Shown here piece by piece: positions 17,846-27,711 of a DNA stretch of 58,609 bases. The stretch comes from a virus. Taxonomy: Duplodnaviria; Heunggongvirae; Uroviricota; Caudoviricetes. The DNA is taken from the IMG/VR virus record IMGVR_UViG_3300027759_003944; one strand, written 5' to 3'. Position 1 is the first letter of the stretch; the number at the start of each line of letters is the position of its first letter. The translations under genes and the position numbers were made by a program. The notes under the pieces are model-generated. The model saw only the letters and a program-made list of their open reading frames with translations. It was not told the DNA's origin and searched no databases.

Positions 17846-18844
17846 ATGGCATCATTAGCAGAAATCAGAGCAAGACTACAGGCAGCAGAGGGCAACAAAG
17901 GTGGGCAATCCACCGGTGGAGACAATTCAATTTATGCCCATTGGAACATGGAAGAAGGACAAAGTGCAACACTGCGATTCCTTCCCGATGCAAATACAAA
18001 AAACACATTTTTCTGGCAAGAACGAGCAATGATTCGTTTGCCTTTCGCTGGCATCAAAGGCGAAGGGGATTCCAAACAAGTGTACGTGCAAGTACCTTGT
18101 GTGGAAATGTGGGGCGAAGCATGTCCTATCTTGGCAGAAGTACGCACCTGGTTCAAGGACAAGAGCCTTGAAGAAATGGGTCGCAAATACTGGAAGAAAC
18201 GCAGTTACATATTCCAAGGCTTTGTGCGTGAAAACCCACTAAGTGAAGACAAGACTCCAGAAAATCCCATCCGACGTTTCATCATCGGCCCACAAATCTT
18301 TGCTACTATCAAAGGCGCATTAATGGATCCTGAGCTGGAAGAAATGCCCACAGACACCCTGCGTGGCTTGGACTTCCGTATTACTAAAACATCCAAAGGT
18401 GGCTATGCTGACTACAGCACAAGCAAGTGGGCACGTAAAGAATCAGCATTGACCGAAGCCGAACAAGCCGCTGTTGCCACACATGGTGCGTTTGACTTGA
18501 GCACGTTCCTGCCCAAGAAGCCAGGCGACGTCGAACTCAAGGTCATCAAAGAAATGTTTGAGGCCTCAGTAGATGGACAACCTTACGACACAGAGCGTTG
18601 GGGTCAATACTTCCGTCCTGCTGGTGTTCAAGCACCAGGTGGTGCCGGAGCCGCACATGTGGATGAGGACACACCTGCACCAGCAGCCAAGCCAGCACTC
18701 AAAGTGGCAGCACCTGCTCCAGCAGACAATGGGTTTGATGATGACGACACTCCTACAGCAGCCGCACCTGTGGCCAAGCCTGCAGCCTCAGGTCAAAATG
18801 CCCAGGACATCCTGGCCATGATCCGTAGCCGTCAAGCCAAGTAA
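17846..18844 (+). CDS. gp32: Single-stranded DNA-binding protein (T4 gp32-like)
   Basis: LRFLPD, VPCVEMWGEACPI, YWKKRSY, GYADYSTSKW; acidic/Ala-rich tail; AAGGAG RBS. Confidence 0.9.
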   Translation: MASLAEIRARLQAAEGNKGGQSTGGDNSIYAHWNMEEGQSATLRFLPDANTKNTFFWQERAMIRLPFAGIKGEGDSKQVYVQVPCVEMWGEACPILAEVRTWFKDKSLEEMGRKYWKKRSYIFQGFVRENPLSEDKTPENPIRRFIIGPQIFATIKGALMDPELEEMPTDTLRGLDFRITKTSKGGYADYSTSKWARKESALTEAEQAAVATHGAFDLSTFLPKKPGDVELKVIKEMFEASVDGQPYDTERWGQYFRPAGVQAPGGAGAAHVDEDTPAPAAKPALKVAAPAPADNGFDDDDTPTAAAPVAKPAASGQNAQDILAMIRSRQAK

Positions 18845-19473
18845 TGCGAACAGCTCTGGACACAGAGCTGTTTCCTGAACTGTGTGAGGTGGTAGAGATA
18901 CCACCTCACAATCAATGGGTTTATCTAATTCAAAAAAACGGAAGCAGCAGTTTGAGGGTTCAGCAAAAAAGAGATAATCTTGCTGTGTTCGCCAATGAAA
19001 AAATACATGGCCTTGATTACATAGATGTGTATATTCGTAATCCTAGGTCCAGATATGTCAGTGGAATCAACACTTACATACAACTTTTGTTAACTGATCA
19101 TCCTGAACTGGATTACAACACTGCATTTTGGTTTGCTCGACGCTATAAATTTTTAAACACACATTATTTGCCGCAATTCCATTGGCTGGCAAACCTCAGT
19201 CAGTACTTGCATTCAAATGCAAAAATACGTTTTAGAAATTTTCAAGACTTACGTCAGATCACTGACCTCAATCTTGGACCCACAGGAGTAACCAGTGCCA
19301 CAGCTGAATTTGTCAAAACATTATTTAAAAATGATGCTAACATTGAGCTGTGGTTATTTTTAGATCAAATATTACTGGATCTTGCAGGCCAGGAACTGAC
19401 CTGGTCCCAATTGCTAGAGCATTATCATCATAACCATCCTGAAATTATAAAACATGTATTGCCCAAGACTTGA
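18844..19473 (+). CDS. Sulfotransferase-like protein
   Basis: IQKNGSSS (5'-PSB-like) and IRNPRSRYVSG (3'-PB-like), HYLPQ. Confidence 0.6.
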   Translation: MRTALDTELFPELCEVVEIPPHNQWVYLIQKNGSSSLRVQQKRDNLAVFANEKIHGLDYIDVYIRNPRSRYVSGINTYIQLLLTDHPELDYNTAFWFARRYKFLNTHYLPQFHWLANLSQYLHSNAKIRFRNFQDLRQITDLNLGPTGVTSATAEFVKTLFKNDANIELWLFLDQILLDLAGQELTWSQLLEHYHHNHPEIIKHVLPKT

Positions 19474-20431
19474 TCATTTTGTAAGATTTAACCCTGATGG
19501 CTCGATTGGTCGTTGTGGTCATATGAACAACACACCAAAATTTGATTCACTAGAACAAATGGATTCTAGTGAATGGCTTGCAAATGTTCGAATATCGATG
19601 AGCAAAGACATTTGGCCAACAGAATGTATTCGTTGCAAAGAAACAGAAGATGTTGCAAGCAAAAGTGTTAGGCAACATTCATTGGATCAACATGCGCAAC
19701 TGCTGGATGCAAGATCAGATTATCTTGTGCTAGGTGGTGTGCTAGACAATGTGTGCAATAGTGCATGCCAAACATGCAATGAAACATTAAGCACTAAAAT
19801 AGGTAGTTTGCATTCAAAAGACTACATCAAGATCAACAACAAAACATTGATTGATACATTGCCTGCAGAACGTATTGTACAAATGGATATCAATGGCGGC
19901 GAACCCAGTACCAGCCCTGATTATTTGAAGTTGTTGGAAAACTTGCCACCCAATGTCAAACATGTGCGAGTCAATACCAACGGCAGCAGATTGATCACAG
20001 TGTTGCCTGATTTGATTGAGCGCGGCATCAAAGTCACTGTGACTGTGAGTTTGGATGGCATCGGTCGCCGACATGATTATGTGCGTTGGCCTATTAAATG
20101 GCAGGATGTTGAACAAAATATTCAGACATATCAGGCCATGGGACTGCATGAATTAAACACCTGGACCACAGTAAGTGCATTGAACATCGGCGACTTGAAG
20201 AATATTTTTTCTTACGTACAACAACACAATTTAAAAAATTCTTGGGCACTGTTGGAAAATCCTTCGATACTGAATGTAAAATATAGCAATCATTTGACAA
20301 GACAAGCCAAAGTCCCAGACGAATTGAAGTCTGTCGTGGCTTCGGGTGAGGACAACACAGTTGAGTTGCAACTGTGGACTTTGGCGCAAGATCAGTTGCG
20401 CGGCATCAAACTCTGGGACTATTTTCAATGA
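19454..20431 (+). CDS. Radical SAM protein with N-terminal twitch-like domain (#2)
   Basis: MYCP...RCG...CIRC; CNSACQTC; INGGEP; VNTNG; SLDG; YVRWP. Confidence 0.88.
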   Translation: MYCPRLDHFVRFNPDGSIGRCGHMNNTPKFDSLEQMDSSEWLANVRISMSKDIWPTECIRCKETEDVASKSVRQHSLDQHAQLLDARSDYLVLGGVLDNVCNSACQTCNETLSTKIGSLHSKDYIKINNKTLIDTLPAERIVQMDINGGEPSTSPDYLKLLENLPPNVKHVRVNTNGSRLITVLPDLIERGIKVTVTVSLDGIGRRHDYVRWPIKWQDVEQNIQTYQAMGLHELNTWTTVSALNIGDLKNIFSYVQQHNLKNSWALLENPSILNVKYSNHLTRQAKVPDELKSVVASGEDNTVELQLWTLAQDQLRGIKLWDYFQ

Positions 20432-21003
20432 AAGTAGCCATTACTGGACACACTGCAGGCATAGGCCAGGCATTTGCAAAGACCTTGCAGAAACGTGGTC
20501 ATGAGATTGTGGGGTTGAGCAAACGTGATGGTAACAACATTAGAAATTGTTCTAAGATTGTAGAAAAAATAATTCCATGCGATTTGTTCATAAACAATGC
20601 ACAAGATGGTTATGCTCAAACAGAATTACTATTTGCTGTGTGGCAGGCATGGCAAGATTGCCCAGGCAAGCACATTTGGTGTGTTGGTACCATGATGACC
20701 TTGGTCCCGGTGGCACCCCCAATTGTGAATCAAAGTGAAATGGCCATGGACGCCTACAGAAATCAAAAAATTGCACTGGATGATGCAGTATCTCAGCTTC
20801 GTCATAGAAAACATCTACCAGTTATTACTATGATTAGACCAGGTAGTGTGGCCACTCAAGCAGGACAAACAGCTGAGTGGCCCAATTGCGATGTTGATAC
20901 ATGGGCAGACACAATAGTATCAACGGTGGTATTGGCCAACGAACAAGGCATGAGATTTGTTGAATTGTCGTTGGCATCTGCTAAAAATAGGATCCCTTTG
21001 TAA
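20428..21003 (+). CDS. Short-chain dehydrogenase/reductase-like protein
   Basis: MKVAITGHTAGIG, FINNA, YRNQK (YxxxK), IRPG. Confidence 0.8.
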   Translation: MKVAITGHTAGIGQAFAKTLQKRGHEIVGLSKRDGNNIRNCSKIVEKIIPCDLFINNAQDGYAQTELLFAVWQAWQDCPGKHIWCVGTMMTLVPVAPPIVNQSEMAMDAYRNQKIALDDAVSQLRHRKHLPVITMIRPGSVATQAGQTAEWPNCDVDTWADTIVSTVVLANEQGMRFVELSLASAKNRIPL

Positions 21004-22160
21004 TGCATGCTCGAGAAATACTAACCAATCGTGCATTTTGCCCAATGCCATGGACTGGTATTATGTACAACTTTGATGGCACAATAAAAAATTGTATTCG
21101 CAGTTCAGCATCTATTGGCAATATCAGCAATGTTCCCATCGAGGAAATACTCAGCCAAGATCATATGATCAAAACTGACATGAGAGCCGGTCAAAAACCC
21201 AATCGCTGTGATCCTTGTTATGAATTAGAGCAAGAAAAAAACAAATTTGATATAATCAGCGATCGAGTATTTTATCTCAAAGAACTGCGCAATGTAGATA
21301 ACACACTGTATGATACCACAAACTTTGACTTGCAAACTGTGGACATTCGTTGGAGCAACTTATGCAATTTTGCTTGTGTATATTGTAATCCAGAATTTAG
21401 CAGTAAGTGGGCCAGCGAACGTGAAGTTACAATGCTAACTCCTTCTGCTCAGCAAGTTGAAAAATTTAAAAGTTACATATTTGATCGAGCCTCACAACTC
21501 AAGCATGTGTATTTGGCAGGCGGAGAGCCATTGCTGATGAAAGAAAATTTGGAGTTTCTCGAATTACTCAAACAAGTCAATCCAGATGTTAATTTAAGAA
21601 TCAATACCAATCTCAGTAAAGTTGATACACGTATATTTGACACAATTTGCACATTTAAAAATGTACATTGGATTGTGAGCATAGAGACTATAGAATCAGA
21701 ATACGAGTACATACGATATGGTGGAGTTTGGCAGGACTTTGTGGATAATTTACAAATTATCAAACAACTCAATCACAAAATATCTTTTAACATGCTTCAT
21801 TTTTTGTTGAACCATTTTAGTATTTTTGATTGTGTGGATTATTTGTCTGCTCAAGGATTTCACAACAACAGTTTTATAATTGGTGCATTAACAGGGCCAG
21901 CATACCTAAATATTAGACATCTGCCAGAAAATGTGTTAAACTCAGTAAAGAAGATTTTAGCAGATCGAATCTCTGATCGTCCAGGATATCTATTGGAAAA
22001 TGGATATCAAAATATGTTAAGGCATTTAGATCAATCATTTGAAAAAGATCTAGCAGGATCATTTGAAAAAATAGCCAAGCTGGATCAACGGCGTAAATTA
22101 GACAGTAGAGCAATTTTTAAAGATTTATACAAGGAAGAAAATCATGGGAAAACCATTTGA
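21003..22160 (+). CDS. Radical SAM protein with N-terminal twitch-like domain (#3)
   Basis: FCPMPW...NC...CDPC; CNFACVYC; AGGEPLL; INTNLS. Confidence 0.9.
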   Translation: MHAREILTNRAFCPMPWTGIMYNFDGTIKNCIRSSASIGNISNVPIEEILSQDHMIKTDMRAGQKPNRCDPCYELEQEKNKFDIISDRVFYLKELRNVDNTLYDTTNFDLQTVDIRWSNLCNFACVYCNPEFSSKWASEREVTMLTPSAQQVEKFKSYIFDRASQLKHVYLAGGEPLLMKENLEFLELLKQVNPDVNLRINTNLSKVDTRIFDTICTFKNVHWIVSIETIESEYEYIRYGGVWQDFVDNLQIIKQLNHKISFNMLHFLLNHFSIFDCVDYLSAQGFHNNSFIIGALTGPAYLNIRHLPENVLNSVKKILADRISDRPGYLLENGYQNMLRHLDQSFEKDLAGSFEKIAKLDQRRKLDSRAIFKDLYKEENHGKTI

Positions 22161-23199
22161 CGTAAGCAAGTTCCGCAAGGACATTACCAAAAGCATCGAA
22201 GGCCTGAGCATTGGATTCAATGATCCAACAGACTGGATTAGCACAGGCAACTTTGCCTTGAACTATCTCATCAGCGGAGATTTCAATCGAGGCATTCCCT
22301 TGGGCAAGATCACAGTGTTTGCCGGAGAATCTGGCGCAGGCAAGAGTTATATCTGTTCAGGCAACATTGTGAAGAATGCACAAGAGCAAGGTATTTTTGT
22401 TATCTTGGTTGATACAGAAAACGCATTGGATGAGACATGGCTACATGCACTGGGTGTAGACACCGGCCCAGATAAGTTGCTCAAGCTGAACATGAGCATG
22501 ATTGATGATGTGGCCAAGGCCATTTCAACATTCATGATTGACTACAAAGCCCTGCCAGACGGTGAACGGATGAAGGTGCTATGGGTGATTGACTCATTGG
22601 GCATGTTGTTGACACCAACTGATGTCAACCAGTTTGAAGCAGGCGACATGAAAGGTGACATGGGTCGCAAGCCCAAGGCACTTACAGCACTGGTTCGTAA
22701 TTCAGTCAACATGTTTGGTGGGTTTAATGTTGGCATGGTATGTACCAATCATACATACGCCAGTCAAGACATGTTTGATCCAGATGACAAGATCTCAGGC
22801 GGTCAAGGCTTTATCTATGCGTCAAGTATTGTTGTGGCCATGAAGAAAATGAAACTGAAAGAAGACGAGGATGGCAACAAGATCTCTGAAGTCATGGGCA
22901 TACGTGCCGGTTGTAAAGTAATGAAAACTCGTTATGCAAAACCATTCGAAGGCATGCAGGTTAAAATTCCCTACGAAACAGGTATGAATCCCTACAGTGG
23001 GCTGACTGATCTTGCAGAGAAAAAGGGCATGCTCAAGAAAGAAGGCAATCGTTTGGTGTTTGTTACCAGCGAAGGCGAGATAATTAAACAATTCCGCAAG
23101 GCCTGGGAAGCTAACGAAGATGGGTGCCTGGACAAAGTCATGACGGACTTCAAGAACATCAAAACTGAGGTAAGTACAGCCGACACAACGGAGGAATAA
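22144..23199 (+). CDS. uvsX: RecA-like recombinase
   Basis: GESGAGKS, DTENALD, IDSLGML, TNHTY, SGGQGFIYASS, KTRYAKPF. Confidence 0.93.
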   Translation: MGKPFDVSKFRKDITKSIEGLSIGFNDPTDWISTGNFALNYLISGDFNRGIPLGKITVFAGESGAGKSYICSGNIVKNAQEQGIFVILVDTENALDETWLHALGVDTGPDKLLKLNMSMIDDVAKAISTFMIDYKALPDGERMKVLWVIDSLGMLLTPTDVNQFEAGDMKGDMGRKPKALTALVRNSVNMFGGFNVGMVCTNHTYASQDMFDPDDKISGGQGFIYASSIVVAMKKMKLKEDEDGNKISEVMGIRAGCKVMKTRYAKPFEGMQVKIPYETGMNPYSGLTDLAEKKGMLKKEGNRLVFVTSEGEIIKQFRKAWEANEDGCLDKVMTDFKNIKTEVSTADTTEE

Positions 23200-23201
23200 A
23201 A

Positions 23202-23465
23202 ATGTCAGCAGAAGTAGCAAGCGAAATTTGGGGCGAATTAAAAAGATACGTCAATGTGGTAGATCGTATAGATGCTGCCGAAAGCATTGTGTCTATCCTG
23301 ATTGATCACGATCATGACGTTGAAGAAATTCGAAATGCCTTCAAAGGTGATTCAGACATCAAAAAAGCCCTCACTGCATACCTAGACAACGACAAGGACT
23401 ATGCAGAAGAGGATGAAGAAGAACCGGATGAAGAAGACAACTACAATCAAGAAGATGACTACTGA
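23202..23465 (+). CDS. Small acidic hypothetical protein
   Basis: 87 aa, GGAGG RBS, D/E-rich tail. Confidence 0.75.
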   Translation: MSAEVASEIWGELKRYVNVVDRIDAAESIVSILIDHDHDVEEIRNAFKGDSDIKKALTAYLDNDKDYAEEDEEEPDEEDNYNQEDDY

Positions 23466-24646
23466 TGTCTGCAGACAGAGACTACTATTGCTCTTATAAA
23501 TTTAAATATTTAAAGATTGATCTAGTATCTAATGCCACATACAATTGTCATGCGGCCAAACAACATGCCATTGACTTTGAATGGTTGGCCAACAATCAAG
23601 GAAATGTATTCAATACCGACATCAATATTGCTGAACGGCAAATGATGTTGGTCAATCAACGCAATGCCAGTTGCGAAGAAAATTGCTGGCCCTTAGAAGA
23701 TAAAGGTGCAGTTAGTCCAAGATTATGGCAGAACGGCAAAATAAAAACTCATGCGGATGTTTACACACAGCCAGAAATATTAGAAATAAAACTAAACGAC
23801 AACTGCAATTTATCTTGCTCATATTGCTGTAAGGAATTTAGTAGTGCATGGCGTAGAGATTTAGATATCAATGGAAATTATGCCATTGACACTGGCGATT
23901 CGAGATATAAGTTGACAACTCGTGACAAGACGATGATCAAAGTCAGCCAGAATGAAGTTAAAAATACAAAACAATTTCAAATTCTAATGGATGAAATAAA
24001 AAGTTTTGCACCAGGATTAACAGAAATAGTAATAACCGGTGGAGAACCTTTGTTGGACAATCAACTGTTTGATGTTTTAGATGCAGTATCAAACAGTTCA
24101 GCAGTGATTAACATTTATACTGGACTGGGAGTAGAGGTCAAAAGATTTCAACGCATGCTGGATAAAATAAAACAAATACCCACAGCAATGGTATCTATCA
24201 GTGCAGAGTGTACAGACGAGTTTTATGAGTTTAACCGCTATGGAAATTGCTATACTGATTTTCTTTCCAAGATTGAGTTGTTGAAAAAATCTGGGATTGA
24301 ATTTAGATTTAGTACAGCCATATCTAATCTCACAGTATTTGGATTAACAAGTTTTATTAAGTATTTCGTTGATCAACGCATAGGATTGGTGTTTGTCAAT
24401 CAACCCAGCATGATGGCTCCGTATGTGTTGGATGCCGACAGCAAGCAACAGATCATATATGACATTCAATCCCTGCCTGACCATTATCAAACTCAAATTG
24501 CACAGTCTATACAGGCTGACCCTAGTGAATCTCAGCGGCAACAAATGTCAGAATTTTTAAAAGAATATGTTGTTCGTAGAAATCTCAACGTGAACATTTA
24601 TCCTCAAAGTTTTTTAGATTGGCTAGGTATACATGTGGTACAGTAA
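23465..24646 (+). CDS. Radical SAM protein with N-terminal Cys domain (#4)
   Basis: YYCS...NCH...CEENCW; CNLSCSYC; ITGGEPLL. Confidence 0.88.
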   Translation: MSADRDYYCSYKFKYLKIDLVSNATYNCHAAKQHAIDFEWLANNQGNVFNTDINIAERQMMLVNQRNASCEENCWPLEDKGAVSPRLWQNGKIKTHADVYTQPEILEIKLNDNCNLSCSYCCKEFSSAWRRDLDINGNYAIDTGDSRYKLTTRDKTMIKVSQNEVKNTKQFQILMDEIKSFAPGLTEIVITGGEPLLDNQLFDVLDAVSNSSAVINIYTGLGVEVKRFQRMLDKIKQIPTAMVSISAECTDEFYEFNRYGNCYTDFLSKIELLKKSGIEFRFSTAISNLTVFGLTSFIKYFVDQRIGLVFVNQPSMMAPYVLDADSKQQIIYDIQSLPDHYQTQIAQSIQADPSESQRQQMSEFLKEYVVRRNLNVNIYPQSFLDWLGIHVVQ

Positions 24647-25085
24647 AGTAGTAGCGGATCTTGGCAACATACCCGACTTCATTGCACACTTTGAATCAGA
24701 GTTGACAGAAGCCAAGCGTGACTGCAAGATTGGCGGCTTGGTAGAGAAGAACATCACAGCCTTGCCAGGCATCACTGAGCACAGATTCAACCAGTTACAA
24801 GAGATTGAGGCTGTGCTAAACTTTCTCAACATCCAACTACGCAAGATACGTACTCGGCACTTTAAGAAATATTTAGAAGGCTATGCTCGTGCGCTCACAG
24901 CACGTGACGCTGAAAAATATGTGGATGGTGAAGAAGAAGTTGTGGACTTTGAAACCATCATAAATGAAGTGGCCTTGTTGCGCAATCGTTGGCTGGGCAT
25001 AATGAAGGGCTTGGATACCAAACAGTGGCAAATGGGTCACGTGGTAAGACTGCGCACTGCCGGCATGGAAGACATCACAGTATAA
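24633..25085 (+). CDS. uvsY: Recombination mediator protein
   Basis: 150 aa helical; KYVDGEEEV...MKGLDTKQWQMGHVVRLRTAG; near uvsX. Confidence 0.8.
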   Translation: MWYSKVVADLGNIPDFIAHFESELTEAKRDCKIGGLVEKNITALPGITEHRFNQLQEIEAVLNFLNIQLRKIRTRHFKKYLEGYARALTARDAEKYVDGEEEVVDFETIINEVALLRNRWLGIMKGLDTKQWQMGHVVRLRTAGMEDITV

Positions 25086-25086
25086 C

Positions 25087-25197
25087 ATGACTGACCAAGA
25101 ACGCTGGCGCCGAGATCTTGAAGAGATGGAATTCTTTTTACTAATATTCTTCATTGCTGCTTGGACGGGATTTTGGTGGTGCATGAGTCATACATAA
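25087..25197 (+). CDS. Small single-pass membrane protein (36 aa)
   Basis: MTDQERWRRDLEEMEFFLLIFFIAAWTGFWWCMSHT*; fills the gap exactly; not in ORF track. Confidence 0.55.
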   Translation: MTDQERWRRDLEEMEFFLLIFFIAAWTGFWWCMSHT

Positions 25198-25201
25198 CAC
25201 T

Positions 25202-25720
25202 ATGACAGGTATATACAAAGAACTTTTGCCCAAGTATGACTTGGTATATGATTTTATTGCCAAGTATCAACCGTGTAGTCTAATAGATTGGGGGTGTGCA
25301 AATGGCAATCTTCTCAACCGTGTGGGACAAGATTTCCCTGATATTCAAGAACTGGGAGGCTACGACCCTGGCAACCCTGATTATATGGTTGTGCCTGCTG
25401 GCACTTATGATTGTTTGGTCAGTTGTGATGTGATAGAACACTTTGAACCTGAACTGCTGGACCAATCATTGAAACTCATGCAAAGCAAGTTCCAACGTGC
25501 AGCCTTTCTAATCATTGCTTGTTATCCTGCAAAGAAACGCCTGCCCGACGGGCGCAATGCACACTTGATCATTGAAAATGCAGACTGGTGGATGCGACGA
25601 GTTAAACAACAGTTTGATCAATGCAATATTACGTGGTCCGAGTCTGTGAACTTTACCGCCAACCCAGTAAAAAATCCCAATGGCAATCCTGAACTGCGAT
25701 TGATATTAGAGAAACTTTAA
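25202..25720 (+). CDS. Class I SAM-dependent methyltransferase
   Basis: LIDWGCANG, GYDPG, CDVIEHF. Confidence 0.8.
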   Translation: MTGIYKELLPKYDLVYDFIAKYQPCSLIDWGCANGNLLNRVGQDFPDIQELGGYDPGNPDYMVVPAGTYDCLVSCDVIEHFEPELLDQSLKLMQSKFQRAAFLIIACYPAKKRLPDGRNAHLIIENADWWMRRVKQQFDQCNITWSESVNFTANPVKNPNGNPELRLILEKL

Positions 25721-25723
25721 AAC

Positions 25724-26236
25724 ATGAATACTCAATTAGATTTAGTAAAACAATTTCATGCTGGCAATAAAAATTGGGCAGGCAAAGGTACTTTGCAATA
25801 TCTTCCAACAATTGAATCGGCATTTAAAAAACACGGTTGCCAAACTTTATTGGATTATGGTTGCGGCAAAGGACATCAGTATAGTGTGTATCAGATACAA
25901 AATAATCTATGCATACCACTGAGTGCAGTGTATCAATTTGATCCAGGATATGAGCCAGTTAGTCAAGAGCCAGACTGGAACTCTTCTTTTGATTGTAGTA
26001 TGTGTCTTGATGTGTTGCAATTTTGTACAGATCAGCAAATTGATGACATAAAACAAAAATTACAAAAAGTCACTGCAAAAGTGTGCATAGTTGGCATAGG
26101 AATGGCACCCCCAAAGAACTTAAAAAAACCCTATGCCAGTTTGCACCCAGAAGATTGGTGGCGACAAAAGTTCTCAAACTGGGCCGGAACGTCAGAATTG
26201 ATATTGGATTTACAGCACAACACTTTGTCCTCATAA
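25724..26236 (+). CDS. Class I SAM-dependent methyltransferase (paralog)
   Basis: LLDYGCGKG, FDPG, CLDVLQF, PEDWW. Confidence 0.8.
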   Translation: MNTQLDLVKQFHAGNKNWAGKGTLQYLPTIESAFKKHGCQTLLDYGCGKGHQYSVYQIQNNLCIPLSAVYQFDPGYEPVSQEPDWNSSFDCSMCLDVLQFCTDQQIDDIKQKLQKVTAKVCIVGIGMAPPKNLKKPYASLHPEDWWRQKFSNWAGTSELILDLQHNTLSS

Positions 26237-26257
26237 TCTACGTAGATAAATATCTGC

Positions 26258-27022
26258 ATGAAAATTGTAATTGTCACAGGCGGTTTTGACCCGCTACATT
26301 CTGGGCACATTGCCTATTTCCAAGCAGCCAAGGCTTTGGGACACAGACTGGTTGTTGGACTCAATTCAGACGACTGGTTAGTACGCAAAAAAGGCAGACC
26401 ATTCATGCCCATGACTGAGCGTAGAGCCATTGTGGAAAATCTCTCCATGGTAGATCGAGTAATCGAGTTTGATGACTCTGATGACAGTGCTCGAGACGCC
26501 ATACGCCTGGCCAAACTGTACTATCCCATGCCTAAGGCCAAATTTATCTTTGCCAATGGCGGCGACAGGACTCAGGACAACATTCCTGAAATGTCAGAAA
26601 CTAACGTGGAGTTTGTGTTTGGTGTAGGTGGTGAGAACAAAAAGAATTCCAGTTCGTGGATACTTGAAGATTGGAAGAAACCCAAGACTGAACGCACCTG
26701 GGGATATTATCGTGTGTTACACGAAGTACCGCCAAGAACCAAACTTAAAGAACTCACAGTCATGCCCAAAACATGCTTGAGCATGCAACGCCATAACAGT
26801 CGTGCAGAGTTTTGGTTTGTGGCCGAAGGTGAAGCCACTGTGTACACCTTGGATGAAGCCAGCACTGATCAAGAAATCAAATGCCACTTGACTGTGCATG
26901 AGAATACTTTTATTGCTGTGAATGAATGGCATCAACTTTGCAACGAAAGTGATCAACCCTTGAAGTTGATTGAAATCCAATACGGGGAACACTGTGTTGA
27001 GGAAGATATTGAACGTCGATGA
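26258..27022 (+). CDS. Cytidylyltransferase-like (HIGH) domain fused to mannose-6-phosphate-isomerase type cupin
   Basis: VTGGFDPLHSGH, GLNSD, FANGGDR; then RTWGYY, LSMQRH, EFW, WHQL, IEIQYG. Confidence 0.88.
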   Translation: MKIVIVTGGFDPLHSGHIAYFQAAKALGHRLVVGLNSDDWLVRKKGRPFMPMTERRAIVENLSMVDRVIEFDDSDDSARDAIRLAKLYYPMPKAKFIFANGGDRTQDNIPEMSETNVEFVFGVGGENKKNSSSWILEDWKKPKTERTWGYYRVLHEVPPRTKLKELTVMPKTCLSMQRHNSRAEFWFVAEGEATVYTLDEASTDQEIKCHLTVHENTFIAVNEWHQLCNESDQPLKLIEIQYGEHCVEEDIERR

Positions 27023-27711
27023 AACCCATTCCTGTATTTGTAGGATACGATCCACGAGAAGCCATTGCATATCATACATGCGTGAATTCAATTATTAGAC
27101 ATGCCAGTCAGCCTGTGGCAATTATTCCTGTGGCGCTTAACTTGTTCCGAGACTACGATGAAACACACACTGATGGCAGCAATCAATTTATCTACAGCCG
27201 CTTCCTTGTGCCGCATTTGATGGACTATCAAGGTTGGGCCATATTCATTGATGGCGACATGATCCTGCGTGGAGACATTGTGGAACTATGGAATTTGCAA
27301 AGCCCTTTCAACGACGTTATGGTCGTAAAACACAACTACAAAACACGCATGACTGAAAAGTATCTTGGCAGCAAAAACGAAGACTATCCACGCAAGAACT
27401 GGTCAAGTGTGATATTATGGAACTGCAACAGTTTTCCCAATCGCAAACTGACACCCGAGTTTGTGCAAAAATCAACAGGTGCTGAATTGCACAGATTCAC
27501 ATGGTTAGATGATGACCGCATTGGAGAACTGCCCCCAGAGTGGAACTGGTTGGACGTTGAGTATGAGTACAACCCTAACGCCAAACTTGTACACTACACA
27601 CTGGGCACACCTTGCTTTCATGAGTTTGCTGATGCAGGTGATTTTGCAGAAGACTGGCATCAAGAAAGATTGCTAACTAACTATTGCGAACAGAGAACAC
27701 AACATGGATGA
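27019..27711 (+). CDS. Glycosyltransferase (GT-A, GT8-like)
   Basis: FVGYDPRE, FIYSRFLVP, FIDGDM (DxD), RKNWSSV, LPPEWNWL, HYTLGTP. Confidence 0.8.
   Translation: MKPIPVFVGYDPREAIAYHTCVNSIIRHASQPVAIIPVALNLFRDYDETHTDGSNQFIYSRFLVPHLMDYQGWAIFIDGDMILRGDIVELWNLQSPFNDVMVVKHNYKTRMTEKYLGSKNEDYPRKNWSSVILWNCNSFPNRKLTPEFVQKSTGAELHRFTWLDDDRIGELPPEWNWLDVEYEYNPNAKLVHYTLGTPCFHEFADAGDFAEDWHQERLLTNYCEQRTQHG

Noticed and set aside
17752-18171. 139-aa alternative-frame ORF overlapping the SSB gene
   Set aside because: No RBS, no recognisable motifs, and it overlaps a strongly supported gene
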